Shown here: in pieces, positions 11,001-22,880 of the stretch
Layout of the letters: each line of letters starts with the position of its first letter
Position numbering within the stretch: the stretch's first letter is position 1
From: Octopus bimaculoides
Lineage: Eukaryota
Assembly: GCF_001194135.2 (NCBI RefSeq)
Contig: NC_068984.1
Coordinates: 63,827,036 to 63,891,035, forward strand
Length of the DNA stretch: 64,000 bases
Reading direction: 5' to 3'
Program-made: the position numbers and the translations under genes
Notes under the pieces: model-generated
What the model was told of the DNA's origin: nothing
The model's database searches: none
What the model saw: only the letters and a program-made list of their open reading frames with translations

Positions 11001-14000
11001 GATGAAAGAACCTCCATCTCCTCCTTCGGAGGGAGAAATAGAGGCAGTGAAGACCTCCCCGAAAAATGGTGAAAAAGGAAGAAGGTGAGCAACAATTGTC
11101 ACCCACCGAAGTGCCCCAAGGCTGCGGGAGGGAGGGAAGATCCACCGGTTAAAGCAGAAGAACTACACCCTCCCGTAGCAAAGGGGAGAAAATAGAAGAA
11201 AAACGGGACAGTGCCAGTGGTTAATGCACTGTCGGCATGTTCCGAAGACCCGTCGATGGAAATTTGTGCCACCGATGGTGGAAGTTGTGGCCTCGACCCA
11301 ATGGAGAAACAATATTTGGTCTTCTACCACAGGGGAGATGCGATGGGAAAGTTTACTAAAACGTTTGCCAGGGGAGGAGACATAACCAGCATTAAAGATC
11401 TTGGATAGCCTCCACAGGTAGCTGTGGAGGTCATCTTAGATACGAATTACGGTCTCCTTCCCAGATGTATTCAGCGTCCGATTAAGGCACCCTGAGCTGG
11501 CACTATCGGAGTGCTTGACTGACGCTTTGAGCCTGGTAGGGTGCTGGCGGGGCGGAACATTTTAAAATTAAGAAGATGAGTGCCTCATACTGAAGGAGCA
11601 TATAACCCGTAAGAGAAAATGTAAGAGGCCTAGTGTATCATTTTAAAGGACATAGTGTCATTTTTGGTAAGAGGTTTAGTGCCTCATTGTAAGGACCTTG
11701 AGTCCGAATGGAACATTAGTAAAAGGTTTATTACCTCAAATTGTATGTTGGTAAAGAACAATGTTTTAGAGAAGCAGAGATCGGCGGGCGTCTTCTGCCT
11801 TCCCTCATTAATACCATTTTTTCATCATTCATCTCATTAATGTTATTGTCCAACCTGCAGTTACTACTTCTATGTAATGCCTTAGTGGCAAATTGAATGA
11901 AATAGAGTAGGAGGACGCCACGGCTAGCATAGAAGCTGTGTATTGGAAGCCATGAGTAGTCGACTGGTGGTGCAATAACCTCATGCAGGAGCATTCCTGC
12001 CATCCCCATGGGCAATGGTCAGTGATTTTCTTCCTCAGATACGAGTGGATAGCAATATTATATAAATATATAACATATATACCGTTCAATCACATGTAAC
12101 CATCCTTACGTAATATTTCATTATATGAGAAATTCGATAGGTTGGCTAGAGAAATACCAAGGATGTAAAGATTTGTGTGGAAAGAAAACCTCACGGATAT
12201 AATAACACACATCACGCATTTAATAACAAATCCCTACACGGTAGTACTACTTAGATACGTTTAAATTGAAAATCTTTCATTCTTACTCTTTTCATAAATT
12301 ACGCTTATAGTTGTCTGGTGCGATTCACTGAGTTTTGTTTATAACAGAAGCCAGTGATTTTTAATGCGTAAATAAATTTAATCGAAGCAATGATGAACGT
12401 ATATGTCTCTGTTTTCTATAGTGCATTTTAAATACTGATTCAAATCTCAACCTGTAGGAGAAACAAAATTATTAGAAAAGAATTGTTGCGGACACCAAAT
12501 CTGCAAACATGCGTCTGAAGTTTTCTACTTCATAATCACTGGCATGGTGTACTACGTATACTGCGAATGTTTGGCAATGACATATGAATTGTGTTTTCTA
12601 ATGCCATGTGGTAATAAGCGTACTTTCCAAGCGCATTGCTCCGAGTTCTGCTCTACTGCGTGACATCTTGGGCATTTCTTCTGCTATATTGCCGGGATTA
12701 TCAAAGCCTTGTGAATGGATTCCGTCTCCGTCTACGAAATCCATTCCTGCAATCTACCGCTTCGACAAAGAAGACCGATTGAATAAGTACCTGGACTAAA
12801 AAATTTGATTGGCTTAACCCTATAAGAGACCAATGACTAACGCAAGTAAATGACAAAAGATGAAAGATCCATATCTTTGGAAGGTATGGAGTATGTATAT
12901 GTTATCGATGGTTCATACTGCATGAATTCTCTGTTTTAGAGGAAACTTTCATTGAGATGAAAACAATCATTGCAAAAATATGAAAAGAGCAAAAAGAAAA
13001 ATGCTTAAGTATAATATTTTGCAAGGAAACAGATTATTTAAGCATACATCGTTCCATAATTTGCTGTATTATATAATATATTTTAAATGTTGTTGGAACA
13101 ATTCTGCAGCATTTCAAGAAACGTAATAATGTATTTCAGCAATTTCTTTTCTACAACATTTTTATTAATGAATTTTTCATTCCAAATATTTTCTGGTACT
13201 CGATTATTCAAACGATTGATTGAGGCCAGCAGTTCTAAAACATATCGACAGAGGCATTTGTAGACAAATAAAAATATTAGTCATTGATATTTGACTGGTT
13301 TCATTCATCTGTTTAAATGTTATTCTGAGAACGCATGATATATTCGTCTATTACATGCACAATTACGCAATGTATTCATATTTTTTGTACTATATGAGCA
13401 ACCATAAACGAGCAATAAAGACTGAGATTTTTATACTGTCTTTACTTCATGAAAACTGATAGAATTTTATTTCAGTATCTACATGTCTTTCAACTTACGA
13501 CAATTCCAGTATGATGGAAATAAACGATTTTCAACTAATCGGTAACCGAATATTTCTCGATGGATTTGTCTGAACAATTCGTCTTGAAATAGATAATTTC
13601 GATCTAATGCCACACATTTAAAAGTCATTAATATGGTTTTATATATCTCGGAGAGACGATGACTACGTCTTTCAAATTCATCAATGCAGTGCAATATGAG
13701 TTCAATGAAGGTCGCTTGATATTAAGTAGAGCTACATTAATCACATATTACAGACTTTCGGAATTTTCAAGACAATATCGTATATGATAACTTGTTACAA
13801 ATACTTCTATATGTATTGAGGAAGTTTCAAATATGTACTGGTTAACATAGCTTCTTTTCCACCTCATGGATCTACCATATCCTCAAAAATAGTCACATAT
13901 TGAAAAAAGACATTCAAATTTCAATCGGCATGAAGAACATAAAAAGAATAGCAAGAACATTTGCATATCTATAGAGGAATATACATTGTGCGTAACGTAT

Positions 14001-14521
14001 AATAGAAAAGATGAATTTGAAACATTGTTTTCAAGCAGGTTTTGGCAAGCAATCAAATGAAGACTACTAAGTGCATTTCAATTTAATTCTATAAGTCTAA
14101 GAATATATTTGCTTACCTCTTATAAAGTTGCTTTGCTGTTTCTTTTTCTTTTGAAAATAGGTGATATTAATTCGAACGCTTGAAGTAGAATCCTCTTCTA
14201 ATAAAATACATGTGCATATTATTAGAATTGCACAAGTTCACCATTCTATACATATAGATGTAAGAGTCTGTATACACACAAAATACGTACACACATGTAA
14301 GTATACATATATATATATATTATATATATANNNNNNNNNNNNNNNNNNNNNNNNNNNNNNNNNNNNNNNNNNNNNNNNNNNNNNNNNNNNNNNNNNNNNN
14401 NNNNNNNNNNNNNNNNNNNNNNNNNNNNNNNNNNNNNNNNNNNNNNNNNNNNNNNNNNNNNNNNNNNNNNNNNNNNNNNNNNNNNNNNNNNNNNNNNNNN
14501 NNNNNNNNNNNNNNNNNNNNN

Positions 14522-14887
14522 ACAATCACTCCGTTGGTGAGCCCTCAAGTGACTTTGAAGTCCGGCTGCTGAGCGACAAGGTCTACAGCACAGATGACAA
14601 ATGTTCAGGCCTCTCGATCCTTGCCCGCTGGTATCTGATTCTAAGGGAACGCTTCTGTGAACCAGCATATGTCTCTTAAGTCCGGGTATTGTTTTACAAA
14701 CCGTGTGACATATGCCACAGGTCACAGAAAGCGGTTGGTATTTAGGGTGTCTGGAATTTCTACCCTCATGTGTTTTCATGTGATTCACATATCCTGCTTT
14801 TGACAGAAGAACGCGATCACACACAATACACATCCTATACTCTCCATTGTTTACAATGTTTCACTTTCGACAGCCCCGCTTAAGCTC

Positions 14888-14889
<2 letters not shown>
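14522..14889 (-). mobile_element. 5'-truncated RTE-type LINE 3' end encoding three C2H2 zinc fingers
   Basis: LELKRGCRK*NIVNNGEYRM then three C-x2-C-x12-H-x3-H fingers (CIVC..HMKTH, CGIC..HMLVH, CHLC..HLRAH) with 16- and 19-aa non-TGEKP linkers. ELKRxxRK plus C-terminal fingers resembles RTE-BovB ORF ends. Abuts (TAGA)n and an N gap. Confidence 0.7.
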
Positions 14890-14919
<30 letters not shown>

Positions 14920-14922
14920 CAG

Positions 14923-15265
14923 ATGGTCCCGGGTTCAGTCCCATTGCGTGGCACCTTGGGCAAGTGTTTTCGACTCTAGCCTCGGGCCGACCAGAACCTT
15001 GTGAGTGGATTTGGTAGACGGTAACCAAAAGAAGCCCGTCGTATATATTTGTGCGTGTGTGTGCGTATGTTTGTGTGCCGGTGTTTGTCCACCCCCAGCA
15101 TCGCTTGACATCCGATGGTGGTGTGTCTACGTCCCCGCAACTTAGAAGTTCGGCAAAAGAAACCGATAATATAAGTACCAGGCATACAAAGAATAAATCC
15201 CGGGGTCGATTTTTTCGACTAAAGCCAGGTGGTCCAGCATAGGCGCAGTCAAATGACTGAAACAA
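14923..15265 (+). mobile_element. tRNA-derived SINE (family B), 5'-truncated
   Basis: gggttcagtccca.tgcgtggcaccttgggcaagtg...gtgagtggatttggtagacgg...aaatgactgaaac; same family as 40242-40690 and 53025-53145. Confidence 0.85.
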
Positions 15266-15592
15266 GCAGAAGAGTTAAAGATTATATATATATATATATT
15301 TACATATGCAGATATAGGGCAGGGAATTGCCAATTAGTTAATAAAATTAATAATTAACAATTTTGCCAAGTAGTTCAGTATGCAAAAAAAACCTTTATCG
15401 GTAAAATATTTATAATTATAAATATATAGGGATCAGCATGAAATTGCTTCACCAACATACTGAAAATTTAGAAATAGCAGTCAAAGAACTACTAATTCCA
15501 AAATACATTTTTTTCTCTAACGGATGGCGATATCTATGGCACACATAGAACAAAAACAGAAGAGAAAATAAAAACAAACTTGCCTTTAGTTA

Positions 15593-15655
15593 ATCATGCA
15601 CGACGTTTCGTGATTAAGAATATAAAATTCATTCTTTTCAACTCTTCAGCATGAT
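15593..15655 (-). ncRNA. Hammerhead remnant with canonical core, in a pLTR-like segment
   Basis: Minus strand: ATCATG CTGAAGA G TTGAAAAGAAT..ATTCTTAATCA C GAA ACGT C GTGCATGAT. Canonical CUGAAGA, GAAA and GUC site; stem I is out of register by 3 nt. Confidence 0.55.
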
Positions 15656-16311
15656 GCACTCAATNNNNNNNNNNNNNNNNNNNNNNNNNNNNNNNNNNNN
15701 NNNNNNNNNNNNNNNNNNNNNNNNNNNNNNNNNNNNNNNNNNNNNNNNNNNNNNNNNNNNNNNNNNNNNNNNNNNNNNNNNNNNNNNNNNNNNNNNNNNN
15801 NNNNNNNNNNNNNNNNNNNNNNNNNNNNNNNNNNNNNNNNNNNNNNNNNNNNNNNNNNNNNNNNNNNNNNNNNNNNNNNNNNNNNNNNNNNNNNNNNNNN
15901 NNNNNNNNNNNNNNNNNNNNNNNNNNNNNNNNNNNNNNNNNNNNNNNNNNNNNNNNNNNNNNNNNNNNNNNNNNNNNNNNNNNNNNNNNNNNNNNNNNNN
16001 NNNNNNNNNNNNNNNNNNNNNNNNNNNNNNNNNNNNNNNNNNNNNNNNNNNNNNNNNNNNNNNNNNNNNNNNNNNNNNNNNNNNNNNNNNNNNNNNNNAT
16101 ATAACCACACGAACACACTACAATGCATCCCGGCGTTGCCCGGCTGTTATGACTCCTTTCTTATGAGCAGCATCAGCAGAGCTGATATATAGTGAACTAA
16201 ATTTCTGCCGTAATGGAAGCTACTGTTTGTTTAAAAGTGAATGGGGAGGGTACAATTTCCATGGGTTTATATGAAAGTTGTTTCTGTTCTTAAGAAAGAA
16301 TACAAACTATG

Positions 16312-16941
16312 TTTTGCCCCAAAATCACATTTTCAAAATGTTAGTTTCCTCCCGTCCCCGCCACTAACTCTTAATTTGTAACTTTTTTACAATTTTTCTT
16401 TTGTTTTTATCCATGTAGAAAAATTCAGGGATTACGAATCTGGGAAATATATCTTTTTTTTAAATTTAGTTTTTTCTTAACGAAACACTCAGTGTCCCTT
16501 CCCTCACTGCGCCGACCCATCAAAAAGCTAAAAACACCTAATGTTTCATTTTCGTCTGATCTTTCACGCATACGAACAATTGTACTGAATTAGTAGACGT
16601 GAAAACTATCAGAGCACTACCAGTAAAACCGACATTCTAGAAAGAAGAGTTAAACGACATTATTTCTGAATAAATTTCCTTGCTTTCCAAGCATCTAAAG
16701 CTGAAACATTGAGAATTTGTAGCTATTCGGAAGTGGGGAGGTGATGGGTGGATGTTTGGAAAGGAAATTTTAGTGTTTCTTTAAGTAAAAACAAAGAAAA
16801 TTCTTAAAGATTCGTACTCTGTCTTTCTTTTTCTTCATGGGTTACGAAGAAAAAATGTTCCAAATTTTTTGAAAAAAATGAAGAAACTGAGATGGGGAGT
16901 GAGAAAATCAAAACATTGAGAACGTGCTTTTTGGGATGAAA
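16312..16941. repeat. Old fold-back element, ~200-bp arms
   Basis: 16312-16522 is the degenerate reverse complement of 16742-16941 (cccaaaa..cac.tt.tcaa outer match; cttaa.gaaacact and acccatca inner matches). Confidence 0.65.
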
Positions 16942-17458
16942 TCTTAATCGCCTATATTGAAAGTATAGGAATCGTAAGAAATTTATGAAAAAAAATCACG
17001 GACGAAGCGCAAATGTCACCTCGGATATGCTAGAAAGAACAAGTAAAGGACGGGATTTCTGGGAGAACATCCCTTAAAATTTATATCGAAATAAGCTTTT
17101 CAAATACACTCATTACCAACATGAGTTACAGAATAGAAAAAGCTGATTTCAATTGGATTTAAGCTGTAATTTTGTGCGTGCACAAAGCAACAAATAACAT
17201 AATTCATACAGAAGTTTTATCTAGAGCGTGTGTGTGCGTGTTTTGCATGTGTGTATGTGTCCGTGCGCGTGTGTAAGTGTTCGGGTGCGTGTGTATGTGC
17301 CAAAGGAAGTTATTTTATGGCAGTCTTTCGTTTAAAGCGGGAAAGTTGTCAACTCGATCATATGGCCCGGCATGTAGGGTCATATGATTGTTCATCAATT
17401 TCCGTAATTAGTTTTCATTTCTTTATGATTTGAAGAGAGCAGAAATTGAAAGAGAGGA

Positions 17459-17531
17459 GAAAGTGAAGGATATATCTACGTGCATATGAAATGGACATGT
17501 GTATGTATGTGTGCATGTGTGTCTGTGTGTG

Positions 17532-17572
<41 letters not shown>

Positions 17573-17724
17573 GTGTGTAAGTGAGTGAGTGAGTGAACGT
17601 GTGTTTGTCATGTACGTATTTTTTGTATGTATGTGTAAGTGGCACTCACTCTCTCTATATATATTTCACACACACGCGTACACACATTAGAAAGTGAAAG
17701 ATATATGTACATGTATACGAAATG

Positions 17725-17760
<36 letters not shown>

Positions 17761-17872
17761 TGTGTGTGTATATATACTTGTGTGTGTGTGCTTTTGTACA
17801 TGTGCGTGAGAGAAAGAAAGAGTGAGTGAGTGAAGGTGTGTATTGCTATGCATGTGTAAGTGGCACTAACTC
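17459..17872 (+). repeat. Tandem duplication of a ~200-bp microsatellite-containing unit
   Basis: aagtgaa.gatatat.tac.tg.ata.gaaatggac ... gagtgagtgagtgaa.gtgtgt ... tgtgtaagtggcact.actc occurs at ~17459-17650 and ~17692-17872. Confidence 0.7.
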
Positions 17873-18453
17873 GGTCTCTGTCTCTGTCTCATATATACAT
17901 ACATAAATACACATGCATACATTTTTGTATATACGTGTACGTTTGCGTGTGAGAGAGAGACTGTATTTTTTCATAACATAGAGAAATGAATGTCTTTTAA
18001 AATACGCACTCTTATATAAAATGTGACGTTGTCGTCGTTATCGCCGTGGTATAAAATGTTTACGATAGTTGACATATAGAAAAGATTATAATGTAATCCT
18101 CATTGTGTCACATTTTCCTGAACCTGGATATTTTTGCACCCCTCTCATTTTATCATCTAATAGCCCATCCACCGTAGTCGGTCCATTATCGATTTTTTAT
18201 TGAAATCTAATGAGCCTATAATTGAATTTGATGTTAGATCAACATGTCGATTGATGACGATTGGTTCCGTGGTTTGGGCAGCAAGATGGGAAAAGACTGA
18301 CAGACAGACAGAATTTGCCGTTTATATATAGGATAGATAGATAAATATATAGATAGATATGTAAATGTGTGTTTGTGTGTGTATATGTGTGCGTGTGTGT
18401 ATGTATGTATATGTAGACACGTATATTATGTTGTGTTAATAATTCTCTATCTT

Positions 18454-18501
<48 letters not shown>

Positions 18502-21337
18502 ACTATACATATATTATCACTGTGAGTTACTGCAAATGTATATATCAAAGCCTTCAAGATATATCTTTATTTTGTGAAGTTAATTGCGAAAAGAAAATTA
18601 AGAAGAATAAACACCGAAGATATATATATAAAAGCCTGTGCTCAGAAATCATCTGGAACCACATTTTTGTTAAGTAGAATTCAGCAACAAATCTCGTCTG
18701 GTTTATTGTTATACCGTTATAGAAAATTATATTGTTGGAAAATCAAGTAGTTTTGTAAATTTCAATAATATCTTCATAAATAAATATTTCAAAACTATAC
18801 GAAGTTATTTCTTTGGATAACTCTTTGTCCTACAAAGTTATTTGTTTTCCTTCGGTTATATGAGTTTCGAGACATAGGACTCCTATTTTATAAGAAAAAA
18901 TAAACTTAAATATAGCAAACTCCTCTAATGTATGATGCATTAGAACTATATAGCTTCTCTCTTTTTCTCAGATCTCCATTCATGATGTTATATATTTATC
19001 TTCGTGAAGCTGGAACGATTTCTTTATTACTCACTAATGTTGGAAATTAGACATTTATTATATTTTCCATCTTGATTCTGGCTTATTGAATTTCTGTCTA
19101 GTCCAAAAAATAAATAAAAAAGATAAACCTCGGAATATGTTACTTATCATTATATTTTCTAGAAAACGATTCTTTCATAAATTAGGCATGAGAAAGACAC
19201 ATTTGAAACAGCTGCATTCATATTCTTTATTTGATAATTCACATAAAAAACAACTGTATATAATATATTTTACGTAACTTCTTGTCCACAGAACTATACA
19301 TTTAAATATGTTATAAAAAAAAAATCACTTGATATATGAGCACTAATATTTTACAATAAAATACTCAACGTGAGGATAAGATATGAAATCTAACAAGCAC
19401 CAAAGAGGAAGTTTGGCCGATTTATCTTCGCGTTCATCGAGAAAAAGTTGTATCTAAAATGAACTATGCAATATGTTAAGGCGAAAGGTTGGTAATATTT
19501 TATAGCCTATTAAGTTAATATTGTCTTGATTTAGCATGTAAATTATGTTTCCGTAGTCATTTGAACGGAATTTTTAAACTACAAAATTTAAATCTGAAGA
19601 ATCTATTATTGTAGATGAAAGTGCTTATAAGTGATTTGTAAACACATATGACATGTTAATAAATATTTGTATATATGTACAACCATCCAGATCTCTACCT
19701 TATTTTTTCTAATATACATATATATACATATGTATGTATGTATGTATGCATGTATGTATGCATGTATGTATGTATGCATGTATGTATGGATGGATGTTTG
19801 TATGTATGTATGCATGTATGTATGGATGGATGGACGTTTGTATGTATGTGTGTATGTATGTTTGTGTGTGTATACTTAGGACACGACTGTTTTTGTTAAA
19901 CAAGAGTTCATTAAGATGGAAAATGTAAGCGTAATTTTCATCGGCAGGATAATAAAACGAAAACAAATGACAGACAGACCAAGTGTTGGAAGTGAATAGT
20001 TCTGTGCATGCACATTAGTATTTCGACCGAACATGCACTGTAACATTCGAAAGCAGAAAAAATTAATTATTTGTAAATATGAAATTAACATGAAAATTAA
20101 AATTTTAATTTAAATCAAAAATATATTTATATTTATACTAAAATTACTAGTACAGAACTACTAGAGAAAATATTTTGTGCAAGCAATTTTGCAGAGATCG
20201 ATAGAATTTTAGAAGTACCATTTCTACAACAACATTATGCTGATATATAAGCATGTAAGGCATCATGAATTCATATATATTTGTACGCAATACATTTTCC
20301 GGGACCTTAGGGAATCAGTGTTTGTACAGGTTTTTGCGTTCTATGCTCAATTAACGGCAATCAATTGTTCCAGGTTGGTCTTATGCTGGACCGTGAAGGT
20401 CAAACCACTGTTACGTAACCACTAGTGTACCACTTTGTAGGTCGTGAACGCTAATGGCAGTGCGGCTGATGTAAAGAAGTGTTGGTGAAAATGCAAATAA
20501 TTTTCGACTTTTCGTTTCCATTCTGTTATGATTTTTAAAAAAATACATTTTATATAAAACTATGAAGTATATGTGTTACTGGTAATAATCAGATAATTCA
20601 GGCACCAGCTCTGTTTGACTTATTTCTCCTTTTAGCATAACACTTGACCTAGAAAGTCATTTATGTTATTATATGTATGTATTAAGAGGGTATTTTCTGA
20701 GTTGACGAGAAGAAAAGCGGATGCGTATCAGCAGATTGAAATTTATTCAATTTATTGATTTTCTCTTCACTCAAGTGAGGAATGTTATTTCCTTTACCAT
20801 ATATTTCTGTTATATCTGTAATCTTGTACATCTATTTATCTTTCTTGATTTTATTGTATTAGAAATTATATGATATATAGCGTCTGTTATAATGTTAGCT
20901 TTATTTCAGAATATTGCTCCAGTTCCTTTAGGGATATGTTGTTAATATATTTCATGATTTCATGTAACGAGAACATAGTCACTGGCGAACAGCTAAGGGA
21001 AAAAATACGTTGTATTTATAGCAAGTGGTCGTACCTTGGAATTATCTGCGTATCTTTGCTCGAATGTAAACTGCCATATTGAACAGTGTATAATGGACAG
21101 GTTAATAATGGAGATTTTTTTTGTTGAGATATGGTGTGACGTGGAACCAACGCAAGTGTACTGCAAAAGTGAGTTTTGTGTGGCATAAGTGGAAGACACA
21201 CATATGCATATGTAATACAAGCATGCTCAAACAAGAACGTAAATACGCAAACACAATTATATGATGTATTCAAATAGGCAATTAGCATACACATTGATAT
21301 GTGCACATACTCAGTGAGAACACAGAAACAATATGTA

Positions 21338-22597
21338 CAAGGGGCGTAATGTACTTGAGGACATAACTTTTGGGGGTCAATGCTGCGTTTTTTGTTAACA
21401 TTGTATAATCTTTGTTTCAGAAAATGATAATGCCAGGCCCTCAGCTTAGTTACGATATGAAGAGGTATGCTGTTATTTCGGTTATAAAGGCTGAGAATAG
21501 CGATTTAAAAATATCTCGATTTTTAAAAGTTGCCAGATCTTTCGTCTACAAAGTTTGTGAGGAGCTAGAGATTGAAGATAGATAGAAACATATCAGCAGT
21601 TTCAAGGCATAAAAAGGAAAAAAGGATTCTAAACGTTCTGAAATCATCAGAACACTCAAATTCACCCAGCAAGTTCAAAAAATCATTGATTACAATCCCA
21701 GAAAGTCCATGAGGTCAATTGCAAAATATCTCCATGTGTAAGAAGGAGCAGTCAGATATGATATCCACGAAGATATCAGATATAAGTCTTATATGATGAG
21801 AAAAGGTCAATTTGTCAGAAAAAGCGAAAGAAAATCACTTCTTCGTATCTAAAAGGCTCTTAAGCAAACTGAAAAATCCAGCAGAAGAAAATTTGGTTTG
21901 TTTTTTCTCAAATGAGAAAAACTTCAACCAAGATCAAAACGTTACCAGAAGAAATGACAGAGGGTTATGTGCAGACCCTTCTGAAGTTCCAAGTGCTATG
22001 CATACAACATTTCTGCAACTGCCATGGTTTTAGGGGTTGTCAGCAATGAAGGACATGTGATGCCTCCTCACTGCTTTCCACAAGGCTTTAGAGTTGACTC
22101 TACGAACTTCATTGAGTTCCTGGAAATAACTGTAAGCCCTGGATAGACAGTGTATGCAATGAAAGGCCATATGTCTTTCAGTAGGACTCTGCACAATCAC
22201 ACATAGCTCTAGTAACACAGGAATGGATGGCTGAAAATTTTCCTGATCACATAACCCCTGACATTCGGCCTCCTAATTCCCCAGATTTCAATCCATGTTG
22301 AGCGCTGTTGGGTGAGAGAGGTCAATGAACACGCCCATAACACCAAAAGTTCTTTGAAAGCTGCCATAATTAGAGTAATGCCCAAAATGAACCAGGACCA
22401 CTTGAATCGAACTTGTAGATTATTTAGATCTCATATAGAAGAAATTGTTGACGCTGAAGATAGCCTTATTGAATAACATTATAGAAACGAAGATTTATTT
22501 TTATCCTCATAGCATTTTTTTGATAAATGATGTTATTATCTGTTATATATATATATTTGTAAATGTAACTCTGTTCTCAAATATCTTACGCAACCTG
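21338..22597 (+). mobile_element. Full-length inactive Tc1/mariner transposon, DD37D (maT) type
   Basis: TA TSDs at 21336-37 and 22598-99; ~26-bp TIRs with 7 mismatches. Transposase remnants FFSNEKNF, VLGVVSNEGHVMPPH, FQ*DSA..H, PPNSPDFNP. 36 residues follow the second D up to NP, consistent with D37D before a deletion. Stops and frameshifts present. Confidence 0.9.
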
Positions 22598-22644
22598 TAT
22601 GGATAGATGATAATCATTTCCTTGTTAATGTTTTAGTAAAATAG

Positions 22645-22880
22645 GCGGCGTGCTCTCCTTACTTTTCGCACACCAGGTAAAGTGCTCAAACCACATTTCG
22701 TCCGTCTTTACCTTCCGAGATCAAATTCAAACTAGATCGATTTGCCTTTCATCCTTTCAGGGTCTATAAAATAACAACCAGTTGAGCACTAAGTTTGATG
22801 TAATCGACCTACCTACACCCCACCCCACCCAACACACAATTCCCCAATTACTGGCATCGTGCCAAAATTTGAAACCAATT
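22645..22880 (+). mobile_element. Degenerate SINE (family A)
   Basis: tttcgtccgtctttac..gagatcaaattc...tttgcctttcatcctttcagggtc.ataaaataa matches 29893-30109. Confidence 0.65.

Larger units (their letters stand above)
16118..18333 (-). mobile_element. Possible non-autonomous Helitron (termini only)
   Basis: Minus 5' end A|TCCTATATATAAACGGCAAATTCTGTCTGTCTG at 18333. Minus 3' end CCGGGCAACGCCGGG hairpin (16129-16143), 8 nt, GTAG|T (CTAG expected). That the two ends belong to one element is inferred. Confidence 0.35.

Noticed and set aside
13479-13694. Minus ORF with NYLFQDELFRQIH resembling a Penelope RT motif
   Set aside because: Similarity is limited to about 12 residues with no flanking motifs; cannot be supported without a search.
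14522-14833. Host C2H2 zinc-finger gene
   Set aside because: No TGEKP linkers, an upstream in-frame stop within an RTE-like motif, and truncation at a microsatellite; called as LINE-derived.
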